Below, in pieces: positions 29,204 through 39,316 of a DNA stretch of 64,000 nucleotides (positions within the stretch are counted from its first letter, which is position 1; the number at the start of each line of letters is the position of its first letter). A model generated the notes under the pieces. It did not search any database, was not told where the DNA came from, and was given only the letters and a program-made list of their open reading frames with translations. The stretch is from an uncultured delta proteobacterium (GTDB lineage: Bacteria; Myxococcota_A; Polyangia; Fen-1088). Where the stretch lies: positions 96,001-160,000 of the forward strand of contig CAVWIP010000016.1 of the NCBI GenBank assembly GCA_963755125.1, read 5' to 3'. The translations under genes and the position numbers were made by a program.

Positions 29204-30826
29204 GTGATTCGCCTCGACAACATCAGCAAGCAGCACGGCCCGCAGATCCTGTTCATCGAGGCCAGCGCGGCCATTTTGCGTGGCGAGAAGATCGGCCTGG
29301 TGGGGCCCAACGGCGCGGGCAAGTCCACCGTGTTCCGCTTGATCATGGGCGAGGAGTCGCCGGACGAGGGCCAGATCTCCATGGACCGCAACGTGACCAT
29401 CGGGCATTTCAGCCAGGACGTGGGCGAGATGAAGGGCGTGTCCGCCGTGGCCGCGACCATGGACGGCGCGGGTCCGGTGTCCGCCATGGCCACCGAGATG
29501 CACGAGTTGGAGCACGCCATGGCCGATCCGGCGCGTTCGGACAAGCTGGATAGCCTGGTCGATCGTTTCGGCCACGTGCAGGCGCGTTTCGACGAGTTGG
29601 GCGGCTACGCGCTGGAGGCGCGGGCGCGAGAGATCATGGCGGGCCTGGGCTTTTCGCAAGAGATGATGGACGGTGACGTGGGCAATCTTTCAGGCGGGTG
29701 GAAGATGCGCGTGGCCCTGGCGCGCATTCTGCTGATGCGGCCCAACGTCATGCTGCTCGACGAGCCGTCGAACCACCTGGACATCGAATCCATAATTTGG
29801 CTCGAGGAATTCCTCAAGAACTATGAAGGCGCGATATTGATGACCACGCACGATCGCGAGTTCATGAACCGCGTGGTCAGCAAGATCATCGAGATCGACG
29901 GCGGCGTGCTGACGACATATTCAGGCAATTACGATTTCTACGAAAAGCAACGCGCCCTGAACGAGACGCAAGCTGAGGCGGCGTACGCGCGCCAGCAGGC
30001 CATGCTGGCCAAGGAGATCCGCTTCATCGAGCGATTCAAGGCCCAGGCCAGCCACGCGTCGCAGGTGCAATCGCGGGTGAAGAAGCTGGACAAGATCGAG
30101 AAGCTGGAGCCGCCGCGCCGCCGCCGCGCCCTGAGTTTCGCGTTCCCCGAAGCGCCTCGATCGGGCGAGGACGTGATCAAGATCGAGGGACTGCACAAGC
30201 AGTACGGCTCCCATGTCATCTACGACGGATTCGATCTGATGATCCGGCGCAAGGAGCGCTGGAGCGTGATGGGCGTCAACGGCGCAGGCAAGTCCACTTT
30301 GCTGAAGCTGGTGGCGGGCGAGATTGCGCCCGACGCTGGCAGCGTGACCCTGGGCGCGGGTGTGCGCCTGGGTTACTTCGCCCAGCACGCCATGGAACTG
30401 CTCGACGCAGACAAGACCGTGTACGAGACTCTGGAAGAGGCTTTTCCGTTGGCCTCGGTGGGCACGCTCAAGTCGCTAGGCGGCTCCTTCGGCTTCTCGG
30501 GCAGCGACATCGACAAGATCTGCCGCGTGCTTTCGGGCGGCGAGAAGGCGCGCGTGGTGATGGCGCGGCTGCTTTACGATCGCCCAAATCTATTGGTGCT
30601 GGACGAGCCCACCAACCACCTGGACATGGCCACCAAGGAAATGTTGCTCACAGCCCTGCGCGACTTTGAGGGCACCATGCTCTTCGTGTCGCACGACCGG
30701 CGCTTCCTGGCTGGCCTGTCCAACCGCGTGCTGGAACTGGTGCCCGAGGGCGTGATCCCCTACGGCGGCGGCTACCTGGAATACGTGGCCCGCAGCGGCC
30801 ACGAGGCGCCAGGCCTGCGCGCGTGA
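29204..30826 (+). CDS. ABC-F family ATPase
   Basis: GPNGAGKS, LSGGWKMRVALA, DEPSNHLD; second cassette GVNGAGKS, LSGGEKAR, DEPTNHLD. No TM segments. Confidence 0.93.
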   Translation: MIRLDNISKQHGPQILFIEASAAILRGEKIGLVGPNGAGKSTVFRLIMGEESPDEGQISMDRNVTIGHFSQDVGEMKGVSAVAATMDGAGPVSAMATEMHELEHAMADPARSDKLDSLVDRFGHVQARFDELGGYALEARAREIMAGLGFSQEMMDGDVGNLSGGWKMRVALARILLMRPNVMLLDEPSNHLDIESIIWLEEFLKNYEGAILMTTHDREFMNRVVSKIIEIDGGVLTTYSGNYDFYEKQRALNETQAEAAYARQQAMLAKEIRFIERFKAQASHASQVQSRVKKLDKIEKLEPPRRRRALSFAFPEAPRSGEDVIKIEGLHKQYGSHVIYDGFDLMIRRKERWSVMGVNGAGKSTLLKLVAGEIAPDAGSVTLGAGVRLGYFAQHAMELLDADKTVYETLEEAFPLASVGTLKSLGGSFGFSGSDIDKICRVLSGGEKARVVMARLLYDRPNLLVLDEPTNHLDMATKEMLLTALRDFEGTMLFVSHDRRFLAGLSNRVLELVPEGVIPYGGGYLEYVARSGHEAPGLRA

Positions 30827-30914
30827 TGGCAACGAAGCTGTTCAAGCACGGTGGCCAATTCACGGGGTAGCGGCGAGGCAATGTCTGACACGAGGCCCAG
30901 CCTACCGGTTCCGC

Positions 30915-31544
30915 TCAGCCGCCCGATGGTGCCGGGATGATGGGCAGGCTCGCCGGGGTGGGTGCCAGGCGGAACTCGGCCAGGCGTTCGGTTATCGCGT
31001 GCGCCTCGGAACGCGCCGATTCCAGCAACGTCGCCGCCTGGGTGTTGCCGGGGCCCACCTCCAGGGTCTTTAGCGTCGCGACCAGCTTGGCCTGATCGTC
31101 CTTCACCTGGGCCAGCCTGCACGACAGCGCATCGAGCATGTCATTGATTGCGTCACACTCCCGGTGCAGGTAGTCGCGCTTCCCGACCACCACTCGCTCG
31201 GCCAGGTCGCCCTGCGCGATTCGGCCGAATGCCGCCCGGAAATTGACCAGCGGGCCGAAAATCCGGTGCGTCACCACGATGAGATGAAACGTGAACGCTA
31301 CCAGCAGGATCGCGGCCAGCGGCAGCAGACGCTGGTAGAAGTCCAGAAACGTCAGGCCCGCGTGGCACTGCTCGTCGATGTCGTTCGAGTGCAGCATGGT
31401 CTGCAGGAGCGGAGCGACCGCCAGCGCCGAGGTCACGGCCACGGCAATCACCGCGTTGAGAACGCTGTAGGATACAATCTTCATCTGCAGCGGCTTGTCC
31501 ACCAGCAGCTTTCCCGGCTTCGAATCTGGAGTTGGCTCTTTCAT
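30915..31544 (-). CDS. Two-TM HAMP-domain membrane protein
   Basis: LVDKPLQ, two hydrophobic helices, and THRIFGPL..IAQGDL..RDYL..AINDML HAMP pattern. No MCP or kinase output domain. Confidence 0.7.
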   Translation of the reverse strand: MKEPTPDSKPGKLLVDKPLQMKIVSYSVLNAVIAVAVTSALAVAPLLQTMLHSNDIDEQCHAGLTFLDFYQRLLPLAAILLVAFTFHLIVVTHRIFGPLVNFRAAFGRIAQGDLAERVVVGKRDYLHRECDAINDMLDALSCRLAQVKDDQAKLVATLKTLEVGPGNTQAATLLESARSEAHAITERLAEFRLAPTPASLPIIPAPSGG

Positions 31545-32011
31545 GGCTCTGTTCTCGTTTCTTCCATGGTACGCGTGTTGAAGTCGTAGACGTACTGCTT
31601 CTGCGCTTTCTCGTGCGTCGCCTTGGCCCTAAAGTGTGGCCCCTCCCGGCGGGCGCCATTGCCGGACACGATGTCGATGCGCACGCCAGCGATCGGGACG
31701 AAGTCGAAGGTGGGCGGCCCCGGGAAGGTGCTGACGGGCGGATTGCCGGCTTCGATGAAGTCGCCCTCCTGGCCCAGAAAGCGGTCGTGCTCTTCGAAGT
31801 AGTTCTGCTGAGCGGACACGAAGGAGGTCAGGCTGTTCTGGGCGGCGATGCCGTAGGCCAGGTTGCGGTAGTAGCGCAGCGACGCGATGGCGATGGTTAC
31901 CACCACGACGACGCCCGCCAGTGCGAGCAGCACGTGCACGGTCGTGGCGCTCTCCCCCTTTCGCTTCTTCTTGCGCTGGAGCGGGTAGCGCGGCTTGGGA
32001 ACGTATGCCAT
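31541..32011 (-). CDS. Non-canonical type IV pilin-like protein
   Basis: Basic leader, hydrophobic helix, then YRNLAY..AAQNSL..AQQNYF pilin alpha-1 pattern. Lacks G-1 and E5. Confidence 0.6.
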   Translation of the reverse strand: MAYVPKPRYPLQRKKKRKGESATTVHVLLALAGVVVVVTIAIASLRYYRNLAYGIAAQNSLTSFVSAQQNYFEEHDRFLGQEGDFIEAGNPPVSTFPGPPTFDFVPIAGVRIDIVSGNGARREGPHFRAKATHEKAQKQYVYDFNTRTMEETRTEP

Positions 32012-32097
32012 TACTCGGTCCCCGCCTGCGGGGCCGAAACTCTACCCAGCCCCTGATGGTTCCGCTGGTGATGGTAATGCGGCAGGCACTCCGGCAT
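32011..32097 (-). mobile_element. Possible tiny IS/integrase-core remnant, now a 28-codon ORF
   Basis: MPECLPHYHHQRNHQGLGR resembles the HYHxERNHQGLG motif at the end of integrase-core transposases. Confidence 0.35.
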
Positions 32098-32171
32098 GAC
32101 ACCTCCCTGGCTACTCCTTTGTACACCTTTGCCCGCCCTTCGCAAGAACACCGACGGCTCTCTCACCTCAT

Positions 32172-33221
32172 CTACCCCCAGCGAAACCAGCGCAGCCCGA
32201 GCACGAACGACACGGTTCCCCACGCGGCCAGCACGGCCAGATAGGGCAGCGTGCCCAGCACACCGGCGCCGTCGATGGTCACCGCGCGCAGGCCGTCGCA
32301 CATGGCGGTGAGCGGCAGTGCGCTGATGAAAGGACGCACGAGTTCCGGGAAGCGCGTCGACGAGAAGAACACGCCGGACAGCACGAACATGGGCAGCATC
32401 ACCAGATTCATCAGGCCGCTCACCGTTTGCATGTTCTGCGCGCGCGACGATACCAGGATGGCGATGGCGGCAAAGCTGGCGCTGCCAGCCAGGCTGACCA
32501 GACCCAGCGCCGCGTACGAGCCGGCCACCTGCACGCCGAACACCAGGCGCGCGAAGATCAGGATGACCGCCATCTCGAATGGAATCACCACCAGGCGCGA
32601 CAGACCGAAGGCGAACAGCAAATGCCGTCGTCGCATGGGCGCGGCCAGCAGGCGCTTGAGCAGCTTGCGCACGCGCATCTCCACGATCACCCAGCCGATG
32701 CCCCACATGGACCCCGACATCAGATTCATGGCCAGCAGGCCCGGGATGAGAAAATCGATGTAGCGCGAGCCGGGCTCGCTCACCTCTTGATCGCGGACGC
32801 CCAGTGGATCCTGTCGGCCCGCTGCCTTCTGCAAGAGAGCATCGACCGTGGCGCGGGCCAGGCGGGCCTCGGGACGTGCAGGATCGAAACGATAAGTGAA
32901 AGCATCGCCCGGCTGCGCCGGCGGCACCAGCACCACTGCCACCTGCCCCGAGCGCAAGGCAGCCTTGGCGGCCGGCTCGTCCAGCGGCCGAACCTGCACG
33001 CCACCCTTCGCGAGCGCGTCGCGCGCCCGCGCGGTTAGCCCGGGCAGCACGCCCGCCACCACCGGGTCGGGACCCTTCACCCGGAAGGCGATCCCCAGCG
33101 CCACCGACAGGAGCACCGGGAATCCGAAGGTCCAGAACAACGCGCCCGGCTCGCGCGTCATCTCGCGCAAGCGCATCAGGGTGAGCTGCACCACCGGACG
33201 CGGACGTCGCGACTCAGTCAT
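32172..33221 (-). CDS. ABC-2 type transporter permease
   Basis: REPGALFWTFGFP, RYIDFLIPG, LKRLLAAP and LSGVFF..LPLT. Confidence 0.92.
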   Translation of the reverse strand: MTESRRPRPVVQLTLMRLREMTREPGALFWTFGFPVLLSVALGIAFRVKGPDPVVAGVLPGLTARARDALAKGGVQVRPLDEPAAKAALRSGQVAVVLVPPAQPGDAFTYRFDPARPEARLARATVDALLQKAAGRQDPLGVRDQEVSEPGSRYIDFLIPGLLAMNLMSGSMWGIGWVIVEMRVRKLLKRLLAAPMRRRHLLFAFGLSRLVVIPFEMAVILIFARLVFGVQVAGSYAALGLVSLAGSASFAAIAILVSSRAQNMQTVSGLMNLVMLPMFVLSGVFFSSTRFPELVRPFISALPLTAMCDGLRAVTIDGAGVLGTLPYLAVLAAWGTVSFVLGLRWFRWG

Positions 33222-34206
33222 CGTGCAACGCCCTTCCAGTCAGCGACACGAACACATCTTCCAGCGTGGCCTTGCGTGTTCCCAGACGCAGCAGGCGCTG
33301 GCCGCGCTCCTGCAGCGACGCCCGCAACGCGGGCACCGCGCGATCGGGCTCGACCGCGGCCAAGGCCCACACCCCCTCGCCCGACAGGTGCACCTCGGTC
33401 ACCGTGGGCAAGCTGCGCAGCGTGGCCTCGTCGAGCGCGCCCTGCCCTGCCCCCGCTTCCAGCTCCAACTCGACCACGTGTTCGGCGCCCAGCCCGGCGA
33501 TGAGTTCCGCCGGGGTGCCCTGCCGGATGAGCCGCCCTCGATCCAGGATGGCCACCCGGTCGCACAGGCGCTGGGCCTCCTCCATGTAGTGGGTGGTCAG
33601 CACCACCGTTCCGCCGCGAGCACGATAGGCGGCCACCAGTCCCCAGATCTGCCGGCGCGACTGCGGGTCCAGGCCCGTGGTCGGCTCGTCGAGAAACAGG
33701 ATCTCCGGCTCGGCCACCAGCGCGCAGGCGATGGCCAGCCGCTGCTTCTGACCGCCTGACAGCTTGACCACCCAGGCACGCCGTTTCTCTTCCAATTGCA
33801 CGTCTGCCAGCAACGCCTCCAGCGGCCGGGGTCGCTGGTAGAAGCTACGAAACAGGGTCAGCACCTCTTCCACAGTCAGCTTCTCGGGCAGGCGCGTCTC
33901 CTGCAGGGCCACGCCCAGCCGCTCGCGCAGCCGGCTCTCGTCGTGCGCCCAATCCATGCCCAGCAATTTCACTTCGCCGCCGGTGGGATCCAGCAGTCCT
34001 TCCAGCATCTCCACCGTGGTGGTCTTGCCCGAGCCATTGGGTCCCAGCAGTCCGAAACACTCGCCGCGGCGAATGGAGAGATCCAGGCCATCCACTGCCA
34101 GCACGGTGCCCGCGCGCTTTCGCCCCGAACCGCGCCCCGCCTCGTAGATCTTGCGCAAGCCCCGGCACAGAACAGCCGGCTCAGCGTCGGGGGAAGTAAG
34201 AGTCAC
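33214..34206 (-). CDS. ABC transporter ATP-binding protein
   Basis: GPNGSGKT, LSGGQKQR, DEPTTGLDP and TTHYMEEA. Confidence 0.95.
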   Translation of the reverse strand: MTLTSPDAEPAVLCRGLRKIYEAGRGSGRKRAGTVLAVDGLDLSIRRGECFGLLGPNGSGKTTTVEMLEGLLDPTGGEVKLLGMDWAHDESRLRERLGVALQETRLPEKLTVEEVLTLFRSFYQRPRPLEALLADVQLEEKRRAWVVKLSGGQKQRLAIACALVAEPEILFLDEPTTGLDPQSRRQIWGLVAAYRARGGTVVLTTHYMEEAQRLCDRVAILDRGRLIRQGTPAELIAGLGAEHVVELELEAGAGQGALDEATLRSLPTVTEVHLSGEGVWALAAVEPDRAVPALRASLQERGQRLLRLGTRKATLEDVFVSLTGRALHDD

Positions 34207-34351
34207 GCAGGTTGCTATAGCGTGGCGGGCGCACCCGCGCCACCAGACGGGTGCAGCAACTCACGGCAAATCCAGGACACGGACCGCCTCGTTCGTGATC
34301 ATCATGCGGCTGAATGTTGCGCCGGTGCCTCCCGCGAGTAACACTAATAGT

Positions 34352-34690
34352 GTGAGGAAGTTTTCGCACAAGCCCGATCGGGACGTGGCTCTGCTCTACG
34401 CCCCTACCGACGATGAAAAGGGTGCCCGATTCATGCGAGTGCGAAAGGGCGAGTTGCAGATGGGCGAAGCCCGCCCGCTGACCGCGGGACAATCGCTGTG
34501 CGGTCAGGAGTTGGTGCGAATGCGACGGCGTGAGGAACTTCCGATGCTGTTCGACGTCGAGGTGATCCATCCCGCCGAGCAATCCATGCGCGATACACTG
34601 GGGCCGGCGCAGGTCGCCTCCGACGAATACCGGCGCAACTGGGACGAGACGTTTGCTCCACGCAAGGCCAGCGGCGAGCGCGCCAACTGA
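34352..34690 (+). CDS. Hypothetical protein
   Basis: Protein-like composition (DVALLYAPTDD..GPAQVASDEYRRNWDETF); fills the gap between divergent/convergent neighbours. Start uncertain. Confidence 0.55.
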   Translation: MRKFSHKPDRDVALLYAPTDDEKGARFMRVRKGELQMGEARPLTAGQSLCGQELVRMRRREELPMLFDVEVIHPAEQSMRDTLGPAQVASDEYRRNWDETFAPRKASGERAN

Positions 34691-34701
34691 CCCGCGCGCC
34701 T

Positions 34702-35490
34702 TCAATGCAAATTCGAGGGAGCCGGGTTCGCGTAGAGCGCGCCAATCTCAGCAGGTACCAGCGCCCGTCCGTAGATCACGATGTCGTCCAGATCCCCGAC
34801 GAAGTACCGCCCGCCCCCCGACCAGGTGCCCAAGTAGAGGGCGTCGCTTCCTGGCTGAATGAGGTCCGTGATGGCTTTCTCCGTCGACAGAACGCCGTTC
34901 TTGTAGAACAATATCTGCATCGCACTGCTACTGCTGTCGACGACGGCCACCAGATGGGTCCACAGGCCAACGTCGAAACCGTTGGCCTCGTCGTATGCGT
35001 AATAGCTCCCCGCATCGCCCGTGGTGGGATATGCGAAGTGGTATCTCCATGTCCTTTCCAATTCAGGAAACCGGACGTTCATTTCCCAGCCGCCACTGAA
35101 GACGACTTCGGTGCTGATGAGGGTGACGTAGGAATCGCCACTGTTGGCAGCAGGAGGTGCCCAGGAGGAAGGACGCACCCAGAGCGATACGCTCCAACTG
35201 TCCGTCGCGTTGGGGAACGACCCCACGATTACCGAGTTCCCTGAGTCGAAATGGAGTGCGCCGCCAAAGCCAGCGTGGCCAGAATCCAGGAGCCACGTGG
35301 CGCCGAGGATGGAGCCGTTATACCCGTAGCCCGAATGATCCAACAGCGTACCGCCACTTCCTTCGTCGCAAGGCCAGTACGCAACCATGTCCCCGAGACT
35401 GCCTGGCGCCAAGCCCACCACGTCGAGCCCGTGGGATGAACAAGCAGCCAGAAGCAGTGCCGGAAAAACGAATGTTCGACAAAATGCCAT
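34702..35490 (-). CDS. LamG / concanavalin A-like lectin domain lipoprotein
   Basis: Lipobox LAAC; VAYWPCDEGSG, WSVSLWV, WTHLVAV..FYKNG and FVGDLDDIVIYGRAL. Confidence 0.85.
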   Translation of the reverse strand: MAFCRTFVFPALLLAACSSHGLDVVGLAPGSLGDMVAYWPCDEGSGGTLLDHSGYGYNGSILGATWLLDSGHAGFGGALHFDSGNSVIVGSFPNATDSWSVSLWVRPSSWAPPAANSGDSYVTLISTEVVFSGGWEMNVRFPELERTWRYHFAYPTTGDAGSYYAYDEANGFDVGLWTHLVAVVDSSSSAMQILFYKNGVLSTEKAITDLIQPGSDALYLGTWSGGGRYFVGDLDDIVIYGRALVPAEIGALYANPAPSNLH

Positions 35491-35492
35491 CA

Positions 35493-36536
35493 CTAAAGCC
35501 ACGCAATCAGGGTCAAGCTGGACAGCAGATCCGGGCGCCCTGCCGTCGGCACCGTGGGGGAACCAAGAAAGTGGATAGCCGGATAGGGCTGGACCAATTG
35601 TGCGTGGACTTCGAGTGCAATCTCGAACCGGCTGTGCAGGGACAAGCGAATTCCGGTTCCCGCGCCGGCCAGGAAGGACCATCGCGCGGCTGTTAGTCCC
35701 TGGTAAGGCCAGGACGCCCGCCCTTCGGCCGAGGTGTACTGCGCACCGGCACCCAAGAAGAACAACGGCTGCAAGCGCTGGCGCGGCCGCAGCCGGATGC
35801 CGGCCTCGATCAGCCCGAACTGCGCCGCCACATCAGCCGAGCCCGACGGGGCCTCGACCCGCGATCGGGTGCCCAGCCCAGCCGCCGTGACCCGCACGAG
35901 TCCATAGAAACCCACCGCGCGGTCGAGCCGAATCATGGGAAGCACGGCCGGGCCCACCCCGTCGAAGCTCGCAACCACACCGCCGCCAACTTCGATCGCC
36001 CAGCGCGAGTTCCTGCGCGAATCGAGCGCACGGTCCACGAAGCGGGTCACCTCCGCAGACGGCGGCTTGGGCACGAGGGGAAACTCCCGTCCGCCGGCCA
36101 TGGCCACTTCCAGCAGGCTCGCCCGCAGAAGCTCGATCGCCCGGATGGCCAGGACCTCGGCCGCCCGATCGGACTCGGGCTGGCTGGGAATGCGCCTGAC
36201 CACTGACTTGCCGGTCACCCGGTCGATGACCCACACCTCGACGGAACCAGGCGTGGCGTCGCCCAGGATGGCGACCAGGGCATCGACGTTGTTCCCGCTC
36301 GCGATTTGCTCCAGCGATGCGCGCGGGTCGGCCCCGGCCGTGGTGGCCACTATCTGCACGTCGAATCCCGCCGACACCAGTTCGCCGTGCATGCGCACCA
36401 GCGCCTCGGCCGTGACCGCCTTGGGGTGCGCCGGTCGTACCAGGATTACCGTCGCCGCCCATCCCGTCTTTGCCGCCACGGCCGCGAGCAGCACCAGGCC
36501 CGCAGCGAAGGCTCGCCGTGAAACGATCGCGGTCAC
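35493..36536 (-). CDS. Hypothetical exported protein: N-terminal alpha/beta domain + C-terminal beta-barrel-like region
   Basis: Signal peptide, VWVIDRVTGKSVVR..AIRAIELLRAS, Pro linker, then amphipathic strands. GTGA overlap with the FecR gene. Confidence 0.65.
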   Translation of the reverse strand: MTAIVSRRAFAAGLVLLAAVAAKTGWAATVILVRPAHPKAVTAEALVRMHGELVSAGFDVQIVATTAGADPRASLEQIASGNNVDALVAILGDATPGSVEVWVIDRVTGKSVVRRIPSQPESDRAAEVLAIRAIELLRASLLEVAMAGGREFPLVPKPPSAEVTRFVDRALDSRRNSRWAIEVGGGVVASFDGVGPAVLPMIRLDRAVGFYGLVRVTAAGLGTRSRVEAPSGSADVAAQFGLIEAGIRLRPRQRLQPLFFLGAGAQYTSAEGRASWPYQGLTAARWSFLAGAGTGIRLSLHSRFEIALEVHAQLVQPYPAIHFLGSPTVPTAGRPDLLSSLTLIAWL

Positions 36537-37840
36537 GGCCCTCGGCGAAGCGCCCTCGCCGCGCCGGCATAGGTGCCGGCAGGAAAGCGCCGCAGGTAGT
36601 CCTCAGCGACCCTCCGGGCCGCGGCAACTCCCATCAGCTCGTGCGTCACGATCATTTTTCGCCCCAGCGCCTCAGAAGCATAGGCCCCGGAGGGAGCCTC
36701 TTCAAGGTAGCGTTCGTACCATGACAGCGCTTTGCGTGCGTTGTCTTCGCGCACCTCTTCCTGACGCCCGAGAAGAAAGGCGGCGTCGAAAGCGCGCGCC
36801 GAACCAGGGAAGCGACTGCGTTGGGCCAGCAGCGCCTGTTTGGCGATGCTGTCTCGTCGCCGGTAGCGGGCCGCATCCGCGAGGGCCGACAAATCCTCGC
36901 CCGAGGCTTCGGCAAGGCAGCGCTCCAGTCCGCGCCGCTCGACGTCCCGGAGGATAGTATCCGCGTCTCCCGCCACCAGGGCAGCGGACCAACTGCGCGG
37001 CCAAGCCACGGCGCCGTGGCCATGGGCGCCCGAGCGCTGGCCCATCGCCTCACGCGCGGTGTCCCCGTGGTCGGTGTCATGAGCTTGCGTCAACCCCATC
37101 TCTGGCTCCGGCGAAACCGGGGCGCCGGCAGGTTGCACGGCCGCGCCACTTTCCACGTCCTGCAACACCACCTCGCGCTTGGGCAGGTTGATGGCCAGCC
37201 GCTGGCCCGCGCGTACCGTGATCGCGCCCTCGGAAAGTGGACCAGTGACCGAAACCATCCCCTGCTGCATGCGAAGATCGAGCTGCTCGCCCGTCGCGTC
37301 CCAGGACACCGTGAAGGTCGTCCCCTGCACCGTGATCAGGAAGGGTCCTGCATCGACCAGCCAGTGCGCGCCCGGTCGGTGCGCTACCTTGACCGATGCA
37401 GTTCCTCGCTCGATGGCGATGCGGGCGCCCTTGGCGTCGACCGAGCGCAGACGACCGCGCGCACCCTCGAGAAACGCCAGTTCGCTGCCCTCGGCGAAAC
37501 GCAACCGCGCGCCGGTGCTGCCCGAGGAGTGAAGGTACCCTCCGTCGACAATCTCGCCGCCTTCGACCCGGTAGGCGAGGCTTTCTGTCCCCGGCGCCCC
37601 CACCCGGCCGCCAGAGAAAATCCACCACAGGGCGCAGGCGGCCACCCCGGCCCCCATCCCGACCGCTGACAGCCTGAGCAGACGGACGCGCTGGCGTTCG
37701 TGTGCCGCAAGCCGCGCCCTGACGATGTCCAGTCCGCTCTCGCGCTGGGCCGCAGACATGGGCGGGATCGCAGAACGAACGAAGTCGGCCGCCCGTTCGA
37801 CGGTGGCTGCAGAGGTCCCTTTATCGACGTCACGTTCCAT
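36533..37840 (-). CDS. FecR-domain anti-sigma factor with C-terminal TPR-like domain
   Basis: Single TM; LRFAEGS..IAIERG..VDAGPFLITVQGTTF..W..GMVSV FecR pattern; C-terminal LADAARY..RFP..AAFLLG..YLRRFPAG. Confidence 0.85.
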   Translation of the reverse strand: MERDVDKGTSAATVERAADFVRSAIPPMSAAQRESGLDIVRARLAAHERQRVRLLRLSAVGMGAGVAACALWWIFSGGRVGAPGTESLAYRVEGGEIVDGGYLHSSGSTGARLRFAEGSELAFLEGARGRLRSVDAKGARIAIERGTASVKVAHRPGAHWLVDAGPFLITVQGTTFTVSWDATGEQLDLRMQQGMVSVTGPLSEGAITVRAGQRLAINLPKREVVLQDVESGAAVQPAGAPVSPEPEMGLTQAHDTDHGDTAREAMGQRSGAHGHGAVAWPRSWSAALVAGDADTILRDVERRGLERCLAEASGEDLSALADAARYRRRDSIAKQALLAQRSRFPGSARAFDAAFLLGRQEEVREDNARKALSWYERYLEEAPSGAYASEALGRKMIVTHELMGVAAARRVAEDYLRRFPAGTYAGAARALRRGP

Positions 37841-38468
37841 CGGGAACCTGCCCTTCCGAAAAGAAACCCGCCAGATCCTTGTCGCTTGCGATCCAGTTTC
37901 CCACCTCGAGAACCGCTTGGGCATGCGCGCGCTTGACCGTCGACAACGAGATCCCCATTGCGCTGGCGATCTCTCCCAGGGTCATCGATTCGAGGTGGCG
38001 GAGCGCAAAGACCAGACGCTCGCGCGTGCCGAGCTCGTCGAGAATCACGTAGAAGCGCCGAAGCACGTCCCTGGCTTCGGGATCGGCTCCGCGGAACGGG
38101 ACGTCGGGCAGGTTCCTTGGCTCGAACAGGGTCAGCCAGCGGCCTGCTCGCTTGCGGCGCAGATCCCATTTCAGAATTCGGATCGCGAACGAAACGATGA
38201 AACTGCGCAGGGCCTCGGGCTTGCAGAGGGTGTTGGCCCGAGCGAACAGCCGATAGAACACCTCCTGCGTGATGTCCTCGGCCTCGTCATCGCTTCCCAG
38301 AGCGCGGCACGCCATGTTGAAGACGAGAGGCGCGAATCGGTTCCACGTCGCAGCCTGCGCCCATGGCTCGCCAGTCATGAGAGCCCGGGCCAGTTCAGCG
38401 TCGTCCATGTCCGGGCGCACGCCAGCCGGCACGATGTGCAGGGGTACCCGTTTGCGACCGGCAGACAT
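37830..38468 (-). CDS. ECF sigma-70 factor
   Basis: DDAELARAL, AEDITQEVF and region 4 RLVFALRHLESMTLGEIASAMGISLSTVKR. Start could be 38531. Confidence 0.9.
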   Translation of the reverse strand: MSAGRKRVPLHIVPAGVRPDMDDAELARALMTGEPWAQAATWNRFAPLVFNMACRALGSDDEAEDITQEVFYRLFARANTLCKPEALRSFIVSFAIRILKWDLRRKRAGRWLTLFEPRNLPDVPFRGADPEARDVLRRFYVILDELGTRERLVFALRHLESMTLGEIASAMGISLSTVKRAHAQAVLEVGNWIASDKDLAGFFSEGQVPDGT

Positions 38469-38559
38469 GTGCGACCTGACATTCGTCCTTTCCACATCCA
38501 ACAGTAGCAGATCGGAAGTGTAGCGGTTCAAGGAGTCGCCGCGTCATCTTCCTTGCGAC

Positions 38560-39230
38560 CTACTGAAACATCACCACCGCACTCTCCACGACTTCGCCGA
38601 TAAGCGTGATTGTTGCGTTGTCGCTGGATGCGGTCGACGCGACGAGGCGCTCCAAGATCATCTGGCAATCCTGGGCGCTGAACGGGCTGAAAAGGCTTGC
38701 GTCGACCGTCAGTGCAGCCGCCGCATCCGGCGCGGTGCAATAGCAGGTGGTGGTGGGATGCGTCGATTGCTGCAAGATCAGAAGCATGCTTTCGCGCGCC
38801 CTCCCCTCCGGGTTCCACGTAACCGTGAAGTCCTGTGTACGATCTATGATGAGCACAGCCTGACCCAGCACGGGCGTGACCCCGGACAAAAATGCGGGGA
38901 CCTGCAACGCGCCTGAGAATGCATGCACGGCGTCGCCTGTCGCGACAACGGAGAGAGCGTCTCCCGGTTTCCACGGCAGGCTGCTTACATCCCCGTAGTT
39001 GCCGGCGGGAAAACCGCCGATCCCAAGATTGGACGACGAATTCCGGGCCCCACGATCCATCGCTCCCTCGGATGGACGCTTCGATGCCGCTCCCTCCACT
39101 ACCGGAGTTGAGCGTGGCGAGCGGGCTCCCTCCGCCCGTGGACGAAAGGGTCAACGTCCCGGCCGAGCCTGGGCCCGGGGTGAAGGGCGGCAGTCCAACT
39201 ACAACCTCGACCTGAGCGCAGGAGCACGTT
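38560..39230 (-). pseudogene. Probable frameshifted/truncated secreted protein gene
   Basis: PGSAGTLTLSSTGGGSPLATL in one frame continues as PWKPGDALSVVATGDAVHAFSGALQVP..DFTVTWNP..CYC in another (shift at ~39040-39110). No signal peptide or start found. Confidence 0.45.
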
Positions 39231-39316
39231 GTGGCGGTGGGGCTCAGGTCGAGCGGCTGATCCGTCGCAGACCTCAGCTATGTGGCAGGGCCGGCGGCAG
39301 CAAAACCGTTCGGTGA

